Shown: positions 27,942 to 40,120 of the stretch, piece after piece | Position numbering within the stretch: position 1 is the stretch's first letter | Layout of the letters: every line of letters begins with the position of its first letter | From: Haliotis cracherodii | Taxonomy: Eukaryota | DNA length: 64,000 bases | Direction of reading: 5' to 3' | NCBI RefSeq assembly: GCF_022045235.1 | Contig: NW_027266267.1 | Span: forward strand, 44,888,001-44,952,000 | The notes under the pieces: model-generated | What the model was told of the DNA's origin: nothing | What the model saw: the letters and a program-made list of their open reading frames with translations, nothing else | Databases searched by the model: none | Position numbers and translations under genes: made by a program

Positions 27942-28096
27942 AATAGTGCTCCCTAGTCCAACACGCCACTTCGACCCTAGACGGGCGGTAGGATGGGCCT
28001 GATTCTATCATTCGGCTGGTCATGTCATGCTCTGTGCATATACTATTTCACACAAGCGTTTTGTATTTAAAACTAAAATTGATTAAAATGTCTATA

Positions 28097-28466
28097 CCGT
28101 ATTCAATGTAATAAGCGCCTCGGGCGCTCTCAAAATTAGAAAAAAGGGGGCTCTTATTAGAATATAGTTTTGGTAAGAAAAAAAGAGTTGAAAGATCTGT
28201 AATATTGTGGTTTATGTTGACAGCCTGATATGATACAAAAGAAAAGTCTGTGCGTATTTTACACGACATATATATTTTCAAGAATTTAAATGCCCATAAT
28301 TAATGGAGCATATAACACACGAGTGCGTATTATGCGCAAATAGATAAGTCTTGTGTACACTGATCAATCGGAAGGGGTGCTAAATGGGATTGTTCACCAG
28401 CCAATATATTAGCAAATATCGCCGTGGGCGCTTATTAGAGCAGGGCGCTTATTTCGTCGATTACGG
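28097..28466. mobile_element. Tc1/pogo-type MITE
   Basis: TA|ccgta..aataagcgcc ... ggcgcttatt..tacgg|TA. Confidence 0.7.
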
Positions 28467-28614
28467 TAATATCTGGTTGTATCTGTAAACTTGTTTAGAG
28501 CCCTATGTCTTGAAGGCAGTGGCTCATGGGCCAATCTGGTGATGCTGACCTTCGAATGATGTACTTCCCCAATTGACTGTCATGGGCCGAACCAGCCTGG
28601 AAGAATGCAACAGC

Positions 28615-29000
28615 TCTGTAAATATTCGAGTCTGAAACAGACAATCCAGTGATTAATGTCATGAGCATCGATCCACGCAATTGCGATCGATGACATGCAT
28701 CAACCAAGTCAGCGAGCCTGACCACCCGATCCCGTTACTCGCCCCTTACGACAAGCATAATCGCCTTTTACGGCAAGCATGGGTTGCTGAAGACCTATTC
28801 TTGTCGTAAGAGGCGATTAACGGGATCGGGTGGTCAGGCTCGCTGACTTTGGTGATGCATGTCATCGATCCAAATTGTGTGGATCGATGCTTATGATGTC
28901 AATCACCAGATTGTCTGGTCCAGATTCGATTATTTACAGACCTCCACCATACAGCTGGCATAGTGTTGAGTGCAGCGTTAACCATCAAATAGATACACAA
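28615..29000. mobile_element. Two family D copies fused head-to-head
   Basis: Minus copy ~28615-28800 abuts plus copy ~28800-29000. Confidence 0.75.
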
Positions 29001-29009
29001 ACAAAAACC

Positions 29010-29380
29010 AGTGAAAAAGTCCTTGAAGAATTTATCTCAAACAATGATTTATGCATCTTCAATGACGGTATTAGGACATATCTACATCCTGCCATTGACA
29101 CATAATCTGCCCTAGATCTCCACTGCCAGATTCAAATATTTTTAATGAATTTGAATGGTCGGCCCATGAGGACCTCTGCGGAAGTGACCATTTTCCAACA
29201 ATAGTTATATTTTTTATATTAATCCGTCTGATGAACCGCCTTCAACAAGATGGAACTTTACAAAGACCAACTGGTCTATTCCAAACACTATGTACTGAAA
29301 AACTAAAACCTGACAGTTTTAGGAATGCTCCTGATCCTATACAACTTTTTCAGATATATTAAATGCTATAGGAGACGAAA
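29010..29380 (+). mobile_element. LINE AP-endonuclease fragment (I-group-like)
   Basis: LEEFISNNDLCIFNDG.RTYLHPA, SALDL and EDLCGSDHFP. Confidence 0.75.
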
Positions 29381-29770
29381 AATGAGACATTGGTGATGGT
29401 AAAAGATTTAGTGCTGTAGTATATCCACAGCGTTGTGATTGACGGAAGGGTTTACTTACGCCTTTGTCCGATGTAAAGTGGGGCCCTGGGTTATTCTAGT
29501 GATTAAAGTGTTCGTTCGTCAGCCCGAAGGTTCGTACAATGGGGAAAAGCTCATTTCTGGTGTCCCCTATTGTGATTTTGCTGTAATATTGCTAAAAGCA
29601 GGGTAACATCATGGTTATTCCCTCGAGGTAAAGTTTGGGCTTAAACAAGGCTGGTTGTTTCCTCGGATGTTATGTACTTTGTACATACATGATTTGTTAC
29701 CTGCAAAAGATAACTTGTTTCAAGTCGTGTCCGCTGATGACACTGTTGTACAAGTGTTTACTTATGGGTA

Positions 29771-30120
29771 GACCGCCTCCGTGGTCTAGTGGTAGAGCGT
29801 CCGCCCGGACAGCGGAAGGTCCGGGGTTCGATCCCCGGCCGCGCCATACCAAAAGACGTTAAAAGATGATACTTGTAGTTACCATGTCTGACGCTCGGCA
29901 TTAAGGGGCTAAAACAAGGACTGGTCGGCTCGGAGTCAGTATGCTGTGTCTGAGTGGGGTATTCATGTTAAACTGTGGCATGGTAGTGGGCTAGCACTAT
30001 AAATCGGCACCAGTCCGGACTAGTACAAGCAGCCACACACACACACACGTGCATGCACGTCGCTATATAAGTGCATTAATCTTGGACGCGACGTTAAACC
30101 CAATTTCACCTCACCTCACC
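29771..30120 (+). mobile_element. SINE family C
   Basis: Near-identical to 8401-8756. Confidence 0.8.
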
Positions 30121-31658
30121 ACACTTACAGGTAAATAAAGGACACCCCTTCAATTCACAATATAGACAATCAACAACAACAAAAATGAACGAAATACCTG
30201 CTACGAAATCTCAATAACAACGATGAGCGATCAGCTCAAACACACATGAGTAAAAACTCATTCCCAGGGCGTTTCCTTCAAGTTGCACATCCTGCTCGGG
30301 ATACCAGACTTACAGTATAAATACAAACACATATTTAGTAATAGACGACACTGACCATTTCCCGTTGCCCTGGAAATGGAGGTTAAAGACGTGATTGCCT
30401 GCACAGCCAAGGGAATAATTGGTTAAGAATGTAAATATCATAATGTAAATAACACTAATTAATGAAAAGTGACATCGTAGTACAGGTTGTCTGACATTCT
30501 ATATTTAATGCAATAGAAATAAGAATTAACAATGGGGAATAGGTCAATGACCTTTTAATGATGGAGACATATACTTGTCATGGCTCCAGGGTAAATAACC
30601 TTTGGAAAAGAATGTTCATACGTAACAAAGGTTGTCCTTAATCTGTCGGTGTGACAATACTGTACAGAACCGAGTAAAAAAGATTATATTTTGGTTGGAT
30701 AACAACTACCCCAAACTTGGCTGTAAAAGGGATAGTGTATGAATCGCACCTATAATTCGTCAGTAGGGAAATGCTGTCAAACTGTAAGAACGTCTTTTTA
30801 AAAATCTAAACCGAGAATCGACCGTGACATATCCATCTGGTGAAATGACAAGAGGAAAGAGGAATTTGAAATTTTGCATTAATATCAAACATGCAGAACT
30901 TGTTTGGGAACAATTTACACCCAAAGCCATTTGGTTTAATTAAGATTTAAGAGTTTCAGGGGTTAAACAATCAGTGTCTTATGCGTACAAAAATGCATGC
31001 ACAAATGTAATTACAAAACCTGCAGGTCCATCAAGACCTTAGTGATCAACGTCTGAGACCTGCAACAAACGCGTTTCCTACTAAATGAAGCTGACATGCC
31101 GAGATGTAACACGAATACTGTTAAAAACGGCGTTAAAACCAATTAATTCACTCCGTTATTGTTAATTTGATTTCTCTCCTCCAACCACCGTCCCACACAA
31201 AATGAATGTTCTTAATGTTATGGCATTATATGATAAAGAGGTTATCATGCTTTTGTGTTTTGGGATGGACAATATCCTCAATTAGGAACAAACAAACATA
31301 CAATGTATATTCCTAATGCAGGATATTTATTATTCGAATACACATTCGCATAATAACCTCTGTTTGTCTTACAATGTCGTACTTAAAATATTGAATTTTA
31401 AGACATATTGATATTTACTGTAGCAACTTTGGAAACCGAATAGAAACAAAGCCTTACGCATCCGGAAACTACCATGTTATGGTTCGGGGAATGTAATGCG
31501 TTTTTTAGCAAATAAAAAACACATCGATGTACTGAGCTTACTGAATGTAATTCCTTCCAGGTGACTCATTTGAATATTTATTTGATCCTGATACCAAGCT
31601 AATTGTTTGAGTAAATCCTTCCGTTTGTATCGTGCCCTAGGAACATATCTACAATGTA

Positions 31659-31833
31659 CAGTGATCTACGGTTATAACGAACACGCTTATAACGAACTGA
31701 CGGATAAAACGAACTATGTTTTTGGTCCTGTCTATTTGCTGTATATATTCCGTACATTTGCTTATAACGAACTACGGTTATAACGAATTAGAATTAGTGG
31801 TCCATTTGAGTTCGTTATAACCGTAGTTTACTG
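31659..31833. mobile_element. Pogo/Tigger-type MITE
   Basis: TA|cagtgatctacggttataacgaac ... gttcgttataaccgtagtttactg|TA; internal ttataacgaa repeats. Confidence 0.85.
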
Positions 31834-32193
31834 TAATTGTATTCTCTAATCGAAGATGCTTTGCCAGAAGATCAAAGAAAATCCTGCAATAAAGTATAAA
31901 ACATCGTCCTTTCAATACTGTCAAAGAAGATGGCGCACCCTAATCACTAGATTGGTTTAATAGTTTCTTTAAACTTGTGGAATAATTGATTAATACTACC
32001 TGGAGGGAAATATGGCAAGATGATGTCAACCATCTGTCATGACAGAGGGTTTTCCCAAACATATTTAAACCACTGTGGCCGAGCCACAGCAGCCACAAAG
32101 TTGTCCCAGACGGCCACAAAGTTGTCCCAGACGGCATTTGGGACACACAGTCTTTGTGCTCTTATAGTATGTTCAAACTGTCTCTTAGCGTTA

Positions 32194-32360
32194 GGGGGGC
32201 GGTTGGGTCGGTTAAAGCGTTCGCTCGTCACGCCGAAGACCCGGGTTCGATTCCCGACATGGGTACATTGTGTGAAGCCCATTTCTGGTGACCCCCGCCG
32301 TGATATTGCTGGAATATTGCTAAAAGCAGCGTAAAACCATACTCACTCACTCACTCACTC
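32194..32360 (+). mobile_element. SINE family A
   Basis: TSD ctcttagcgttagg. Confidence 0.85.
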
Positions 32361-32565
32361 TTAGCGTTAGGCTTTAGGCACTTGGGTGGAATGGGCGGTC
32401 ACGTAGGCCCGTTCAAGGATTTTCAATTTACTGCACAGCATATTACAGATTTAATTTTAAACCATCTCTAGCAAAACACAAGGTTAATCTTACATTCGGC
32501 ATCTCAGTAAATTGCTTTTGGAATAGAATCTTCATACGAAACATAGGTTGTCCTAAATCTGTCCA

Positions 32566-32835
32566 CCCGTGAAGATTCCGGAGTAGAATAGGTCTTCAGC
32601 AACCCATGTTTGCTGTAAAAGGTGAGTATGCTTGTCGTAAAAGGCGACTAACGTGATCGGGTGGTCAGGATCGCTGACTTTGTTGATGCATGTCATCGAT
32701 CCAAATTGCGTGGATCGATGCTCATGATATCAATCACTGGATTGTCTGGTCCAGACTCGATTATTTGCAGAAGGCCGTCATATAGCTGGAATATTGCTGA
32801 GTGCGGCGTTAAACAAGAAACCAAACCAAACCAAA
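32566..32835 (+). mobile_element. SINE family D
   Basis: Full-length family match. Confidence 0.82.
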
Positions 32836-33102
32836 AACATTCCGCATCTCAGTAAAGTAAAAGAGTTTCATGCGTCATGTAATGAAGTATAGTTTTGCAC
32901 TGAAGTATAATAACATCAAATCACTCGCACGCAAGCGTCTTCGTTCGCTAACTATAATACTTCAGAGTAAAATTGTACTTCATTTCTCAACACTTGTGAG
33001 CAGAACATACTATATTTCTTAAATAAGACCCACTCTTGGAATATTATTCGGCATATGGGATTTGAATCAAAAGAAACAAAATATTCTTAAAGAGAATTTT
33101 AT

Positions 33103-35676
33103 CTACTGAAGTTTTCCAACAACGAGTGCAACTGATGTCACGTGGCCACCATTTCCATCAAAGGTCATGCTGACGGTGTTTGTTGTTTTGACCTGTGATT
33201 CAGGGACCATGAACTCCCACACGTTCCATTTTGTTGTCCCCTCAACCTTCATAGCATCAAACAACATGTAGCTTGAAGATAGCGTCTGGCCATTGAACAC
33301 AACTTTGTGGGGCTTTGCATTGGCGTTCTTGTCTCGGCTAACACCTACTCTAAGATGAGATGTATGATAGCCAGAGCTGGGTAGATGGATGGTGGTCTGT
33401 GCATGTCCGTTGCTGATGGGGATGACCATGTCCTTGCCATAGTATGTATTCTGGTTGGTTGTGCGTAGTCTGGGAAAGTTGTAGTTGGTTTTAAACTTGT
33501 AGAAACAGGTGGATGACCCAGGGAGACCAACAGTGCCAAAAGGCTTAGACATGTTGAAATGCTTATTGGGATGAAGAGCTGGATTACCATGTTCGAACAG
33601 GATACATGTTTCATCACCCGTAGAAGGGTTGATCCAGCTGCTGTGGAAGTCAAGTTTTACATTCTGCCATTTACTGCCATAGTTGTGTAGAAGAACTACC
33701 ATCTCTTTGGTGTGAGGATTTGCCAGGGCAAGTGGTGCAACCATTCTTTCTTGTCCACTGTATTGATTTGAAACTCGGAGAAACTTTTGATCATAAATAA
33801 AGTTTTGCCAAAACGTGAAGAATTTGGTCATTTGAAGCGGATGACCATCTTTGGTAAACAAGGAACTTCGAAGGTTTTTATCATTATTTGAGAGTAGAAA
33901 CACGATAGCTCTTTCTATAAACTCTCTCAAGTTAAGGAAAGTAAACATGAAGCCGTTTGGCTGATAAATGGTTTCAAAGTCTGTCATTCCATTTGTAAAA
34001 TTGGAGGGAACTCCAAACACGTTGCCTCTTCCAAATTCACTGATTATTAATGGAACATTTTTTCCTTTCTTGAGATGAGAGTAATTCTCCACCATGTCAA
34101 TTGAAGCAACCAGGCGCGCTTCGTTGATGCCAAAGAAGGTGTGACTTCCACCCGATACACGCAGGTAGTTGTAGGAGTGGAAAGAGAAAAAGTCCAAGTG
34201 ATCAAGAGACATGTCCATAAACTTTGCAGTTCTCTTCCAGTAGCTGAAGTCATTTTCGTCAGATTTTCTTAAGGCCATACTGGTGTACGTAGGTCCGGCA
34301 ACTTTCATTCCAAATCTTGATTTGAGCTTTTGGGCGACGACCTTGTGGAAGTCTATATTCGTTTGTGGGTCAATAATCTTCTCCACCCAATCAGGTTCAT
34401 TGATGACTTCAAATATGTGGGGAATGCGTCCTCCTGTGTAGTCCTTGGCACTCTGCACCATCAGCGACACAAATTCTGATGCAGCATCAAGGTTGTTCGG
34501 GAATGTTCCTTGATGATTAGACTTAGCCATCCAGTCGGGCCACGTCAGATCTGTAAAGAAGTAACGTAAGAAACATTTGAGTCATATAAATTCACCCTGT
34601 GTTGAACTGTGTTATACGAAACTGAGTGTGTGTGTGTGGCTATTTCAAGTTGTAGACATTTACAACTTTGGGTAAAATAGGAAATCATTGATATTGTGTT
34701 GATAGTGATATCTGAGGCAAAATGTTATTCGGACCAATGACCAATGGAACTGTAATTACTGTTTAAAGGACTCAACGCAATGAGCTGTGGAGTGTCAGAC
34801 ACCAGAACGACCGTTCCGTAACTGCTTTTAGTGTTGATTCAAAATATATATTCCTCTTAATGTGTATTTATAAATCCGATTTATGGAACCTTTCAATTCC
34901 CAGACCATGTTGTCAATGACACTCCCGTAGCTATTTAGCTGTATCATATACGACGCCCATGTCTTTGACTGGAGTGAATGATCCTGGAGATAGGCAGGGT
35001 CTGGGTAACCATGGCGACTAGGGCTTTGATGCCACTGAATAACATAAAAAAATATGGTTTGGATTTGGCCGTCATTCTATCAAACAATCTAAAATGTCCC
35101 AGAAATGTTGCTTCCACACACACACACACCCACACACACACCCCACCCCACCCCACACCCCACACCCCACACACACCCCTCCAAACCAGCACCCCCAATG
35201 GAAAACATTTGATACTTTAAGCTGGACATGAGAAACCAGTATTTGAAAGTATGAGCAACGGTGAGCGCGATAATACATTAGAACCTAGCTCTCACAGTCT
35301 GATTCCCTTTTTTAAGTTAGGAAGGGGTATAGGGCTCATTACAAAATACCCATAAACTCATTGGTTCGTTTAAACAAACGAAGACTTTAAATTCAAATCA
35401 AAATGTTTTCTGTATGCCAAATCTGTTTTATGACAAACTTACATTTGCAAACAGATTATTGCTCAGGTCTACGTGAATCCAACGCCCGGCAGCCGTTCCG
35501 ATAGATTTACACTTTTGAATTAAGTTCGAGTGGGTGAACCCATTGTGTTTGTTCCATCTTTCAACTTCATAATGGACCCGTCCACCCTGAGAGAGCCACT
35601 CGTTGTAGATGGTGATTGTTGTGTCCGGGAACACCGCTCCCAACAGCAACATGGTGCACACAACCAGTAGTAGCAT
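33103..35676 (-). CDS. GH86-like glycoside hydrolase, copy 4; exons 35676-35443, 35034-34890, 34550-33103 (608 aa)
   Basis: 234/145/1448 nt in frame; consensus donor AAT|GTAAGT; EVINEP and PLIISEFG. Confidence 0.88.
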
Positions 35677-35911
35677 TCTGCAATGAAATTATGCTTTTTC
35701 TGTTCACCAACATGGGCTTTTAAATGTTTTATTCAAGGTTGTAATCTACATGTGAAAGCAACACTTGTCAGTTGCCAGGTAATCTAAAAACATAATTGAC
35801 GTCAGAATAGACACAGTGAATGATAAGGTAAGGTATGTAAGGCTAAACAGAGTTCCCTTCTGCTCTTTCAGCAAAATGTATACGTCAAACAAAAGGCTTG
35901 TCGTGTCTTCA

Positions 35912-36222
35912 TGTTTGTTTGTTTGTTGTTTAACGCCGCACTCAGCAATGTTCCAGCTATATGATAGCAGTCGGTAAATAATCAAGTCTGAACCAGACAA
36001 TCCAGCAATCGACATCATGACTATGCTTGTCGTAAAAGGCAACTAACGGGATGGGCTGGGCAGGGTTGCTGACTTGGCTGATGCATTTCATCGATCCCAA
36101 TTGTGTGGATCGATGCTCATGATATTAATCACTGGATTGTCTGGTCCAGACCTGATTATTTACAGACCACCGTCATATAGCTGAGATATTGCTGCATGCA
36201 GCGTTAAACAAGAAACCAACCA
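35912..36222. mobile_element. Two truncated family D copies fused head-to-head upstream of copy 4
   Basis: Minus tail fragment 35912-36020 joined to plus copy 36020-36222. Confidence 0.75.
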
Positions 36223-36244
36223 ATTCCCTATTCTTAAAGAGGAT

Positions 36245-36720
36245 TTGCCCAGCATTGGGATTGTATTATGGGAGTTGTTGAATCCTTCTCCACTCATCCT
36301 GCAATGCATGGTTCAGCTGTTGAAGCGTCGTACACGTCTGTCTAGCAGATCCCACGAATGTTCAGTGGGGTTTAGATCAGGCGATTTGGAGGGCAATGGC
36401 AGCACAGTAACATTGTTGTGGGTAAGAGAATCCATGGCAACACGTGCAGTATGTGGTCTCAGGATTTCATCAAGGTAGCGTACAGCAGTTAAATTTCCCT
36501 GCACGTGCACCAGATCTGCCCTACCATTCACGGATATGCCTGCCCACATCATGACACTTCCACCGCCGTATCGGTCGACTTCATGAATACAGTGTCAAGT
36601 GTAGCGTTCATTTCTCCATCTGTAGACATGCATCTTACCATCATGGTGATACAGCATGAACCGCGACTCATCACTGAACCATCCAGTCTTCATCCAGAAG
36701 CAAATTTTAAAACTGTTAAA
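36245..36720 (-). mobile_element. Tc1 transposase remnant
   Basis: MMWAGISVNGRADLVHVQGNLTAVRYLDEILRPH and SKSPDLNPTEHSWD. Confidence 0.8.
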
Positions 36721-36779
36721 TGAACACGCTCAATAATTTGTAAATGTTCGTATCCTCATATTTTTGAACCATATAACAA

Positions 36780-39170
36780 GATACGTGATACCATAGAATC
36801 GAAAGCCAAGATAAGGCAATCGAGTGGTAAATTAATATTTCTTGCTCTCTTCTGGAGGCAGAACATAGCTTTCTTAGCATAAGAGGCAATAGATTTGATT
36901 GTGCTTATCATTCTTCGATTTCTATGGAATGTTATGCCAAGGTTAACATATAGCTATCTACTATCTCGAGGTGTTTTCGACCAAACATAAACTGGAGTTT
37001 ACTTCGTTTAGCAGGGCCACTGTCAAATAAAATAATTTTGTTGTTGAAATGTTAACGTTTAGTTTTCATTTCCTGCAGGGCATCTACTAAATAAGACTGT
37101 ATCATCAGCATACAGTACAATTAGCACAATTGTAATAATAGGTTTGCCTCATCACCAAGATTATAATCAACATTAACACCGTGATGATTATGTTTCAATA
37201 GAGATTGCTCGAGGTCATTTATGTTCAATGGAAATAGTAATGGGGATAAATTGTCTCCTTGTCTAGATCCGGAAAGGCTTGGAAAAAAGCTGATATTTCA
37301 TTGTTTACAACAGCACACGATTTAAAACTGCTGTACAAGTTTTTAATTAGGATGAGAAATTTACCTCTAACGCCACTTTTCAACAGTTTGTGTCAAAGAC
37401 CTATTCTCCACACTTTTGTGTAAAGCCTTGGTAAAATCTATAAAAACATAATACAACTTTTGTTTGCTATGCTTAAGGCTCTGCATTAACATATTTATGA
37501 TAGACATGTTGTCTACTGTTGAGTAGTGTTCCAGCTAAATCCAGCTTGTGCGGGAGACATGGTGTTTTTGTTATCAGTGAAAGATGACAATCGTGTATTT
37601 AATATACTCGTAACAAGTTTCCACAAGCAACTCAAAATTGTGATTGGTCTGTAAGAGTTCGGATCTAGTGGGTTAACTTCATTTCAAATGCAGGCTTCTC
37701 GTATGTTTCCGGTAGTGAACACAGCATTGTGACAGCTTTGTGTATTTTTTCTATTGTGATATCACTATTGTGCATTTCATGATCGTGCCTAGTAGTATTT
37801 GGATATTCTTCATCAATAGTTGTGTCTGTATTCATGTCTTTATTTATATCTTTATAGAATTCATAAAATGTGTTCAATTTCAGGCTCAGTGTTATTTACC
37901 TTACTCTTATTTTTGTTCAGAGCCTTCCAGAATTCATGTGGACTATGTTTTCGATGGGCTCTGATTAAATTATATAAACAGTTTCTATGTTTCTTGATGT
38001 GTTTGTCTAGCCATTTCGTATATGACTTCAAATGCTCTGGGAAAAACTTTCTATTGTCAGTAGTGTTAGTTTTCTTAAGTTTATTTTAGCCTTACGGAAG
38101 TAGTTCCTTTGTTTTTTACATTCGTTAACGAACCAAGGTTTTTACTTCCTCTTAGTGGGAGCGTCCGCATCACGCTGGTAACAAGGTGTCACCCCGAATG
38201 TTGCACGTGCAGCGTCGACAAGTACATGTACGATTTCCTTAGCTATATCATTCATAGTGCTTGGGTCAGGGACTCCCAAACGCGATTACTTTGCTAATTT
38301 GACAGGACAAATTATCAAAATATGTCTGGCTTTTAGTAATCTCAAATCTTTTGGGCTTAGGTTCACAGTCCGACTTATTTTTCACTGTTTTTGTAACGGG
38401 GTTTTGACTTTGAATGATCAAGAGAAAATCTTACTGGTCAACGTACATCAGACAACAATGAGTAGTAACTTTTAATTTCAAATCTTTTAATAAAGGAAGA
38501 CGAAGTCGATGAGATTACGTAATCGTTTACACTCTTGTCTGGCAAGATAAATAAGTTCTGATTCTTGCATAGTTCTTTCAATTTTGCACCTGAAGTATCA
38601 ACTCGTGATGTATCTTTTGACGACCTAACCCTTGGAAGAAAAAGATCATCGAGTACGGCTTCAGGTTCGACTTCAGATCTCAAATCACTTATGTCTATGT
38701 CCAACTCCTCAAGTATGTATTTCTCTATGGTACAATAGTCACACAAGTTACTAGTTTTAGCGCTAAAATCGCCCATCAATACAACATAATCACTTAAGGA
38801 TAGAGTGTGTTATATGGATTGTTCAAGTTTATAGTATTCTTCTTCGTTTAAGTATTTAGTTTTCGGGTGGAATATATACTACTCCAACATACGGGACTTG
38901 CTCAGTATTAAATAGCTCCTTGGAAATTTTAACCCAGAGAATATACTCACACATTTCCTCAATGGGGTTGGCATATTTAGCATATTTTTCTTTTATTGCA
39001 AAACCGACACCTCCTGGTCTTCTTAAAGCGCTGCTCCTATGTTGGAGATAGACATGACAACCCTCACTCACTCACTCAATATGGATATCAATCACTATAT
39101 CAGTTTTAGTTTCTTGGAAGCCTAGCAATATTGTTAGCAATTAGATCCATGAATTCAGAACACACTGCTT
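36780..39170 (-). mobile_element. Decayed L2/CR1-group LINE (endonuclease plus RT)
   Basis: GVVYIPPEN, MGDFSAKT, YRPITILSC, FIDFTKA, QGDNLSPLLF and LYADDTVL, with stops and frameshifts. Confidence 0.8.
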
Positions 39171-40120
39171 ATCTGGGAATCTTGAATAGACTGACGTCGT
39201 GACGGTAGTCACTTTGAAACATGGATGTATTATTTCTGTTGTCCGACAGATTGTATCTGTTGTAGTAGTCTTTCAAATTCGGTTGAAAACAATGTTTCCT
39301 AGTGTGGAAGATATGGTACGGAAGGTACAAGCATACAAACATCAAACATTTAGGTAACATATATACGGAAGTAGCTACTTTCAAGATGAAGGTAGCACTT
39401 GTATACAAAATGTGGATAAATATATATTTCGTTCGCAGTACATGACAAACATGTAGGAGGGAATATTTCAGTATGCTTTCTGCATTAAACGTACACAATT
39501 GTTCCAATGCGTTAATAAGATCAGATATCAGTATACCATACCGTACATCATGCGAAGTGGAGTCTCAAAACGCCATAATGCATTTGTCAAATATTTCACG
39601 CCATGTGATTAAACTGAAGTATATATTTCTTATTGCTGCGTGGGGTTATGGATAATCACACTCTGGATTATTAAATGTCACTTAGCCATAAAGTACCCAC
39701 TTGAGTGGTGTTCTATTATGTTTAAAACGTACTTCGTCCCTTAACGTAAGGGAAGCATTTAGGTGGAACAGCTCTTCACTCAGCCTTGTTTCGAGGATTT
39801 TCAATTTACGGCACCAATTTAATTGTACCATCTCCATTAAAACACAAGGTTAGTCTAAAAAATTGACATCTTAGAAAACAAATAGTTTGCTCTACCCCAG
39901 TGTGAAGTGTAATTAATTGTATTTTTTCCTTAAACTATTATAATTTAAAAGCACTTCTTGCTTTAATTATTATAGCTCAGGGCAAAGCTATTAGTTATTA
40001 CACGACAAATAGGGGTAGCGCGAACCTTATTTCTTAAATAGCATGTGAACCTCTTTGAATAATTTGCTTTGTGTAGGATTTAAATCAAAAGAAACAAAAA
40101 ATACTTCAAGATAATTTTAT

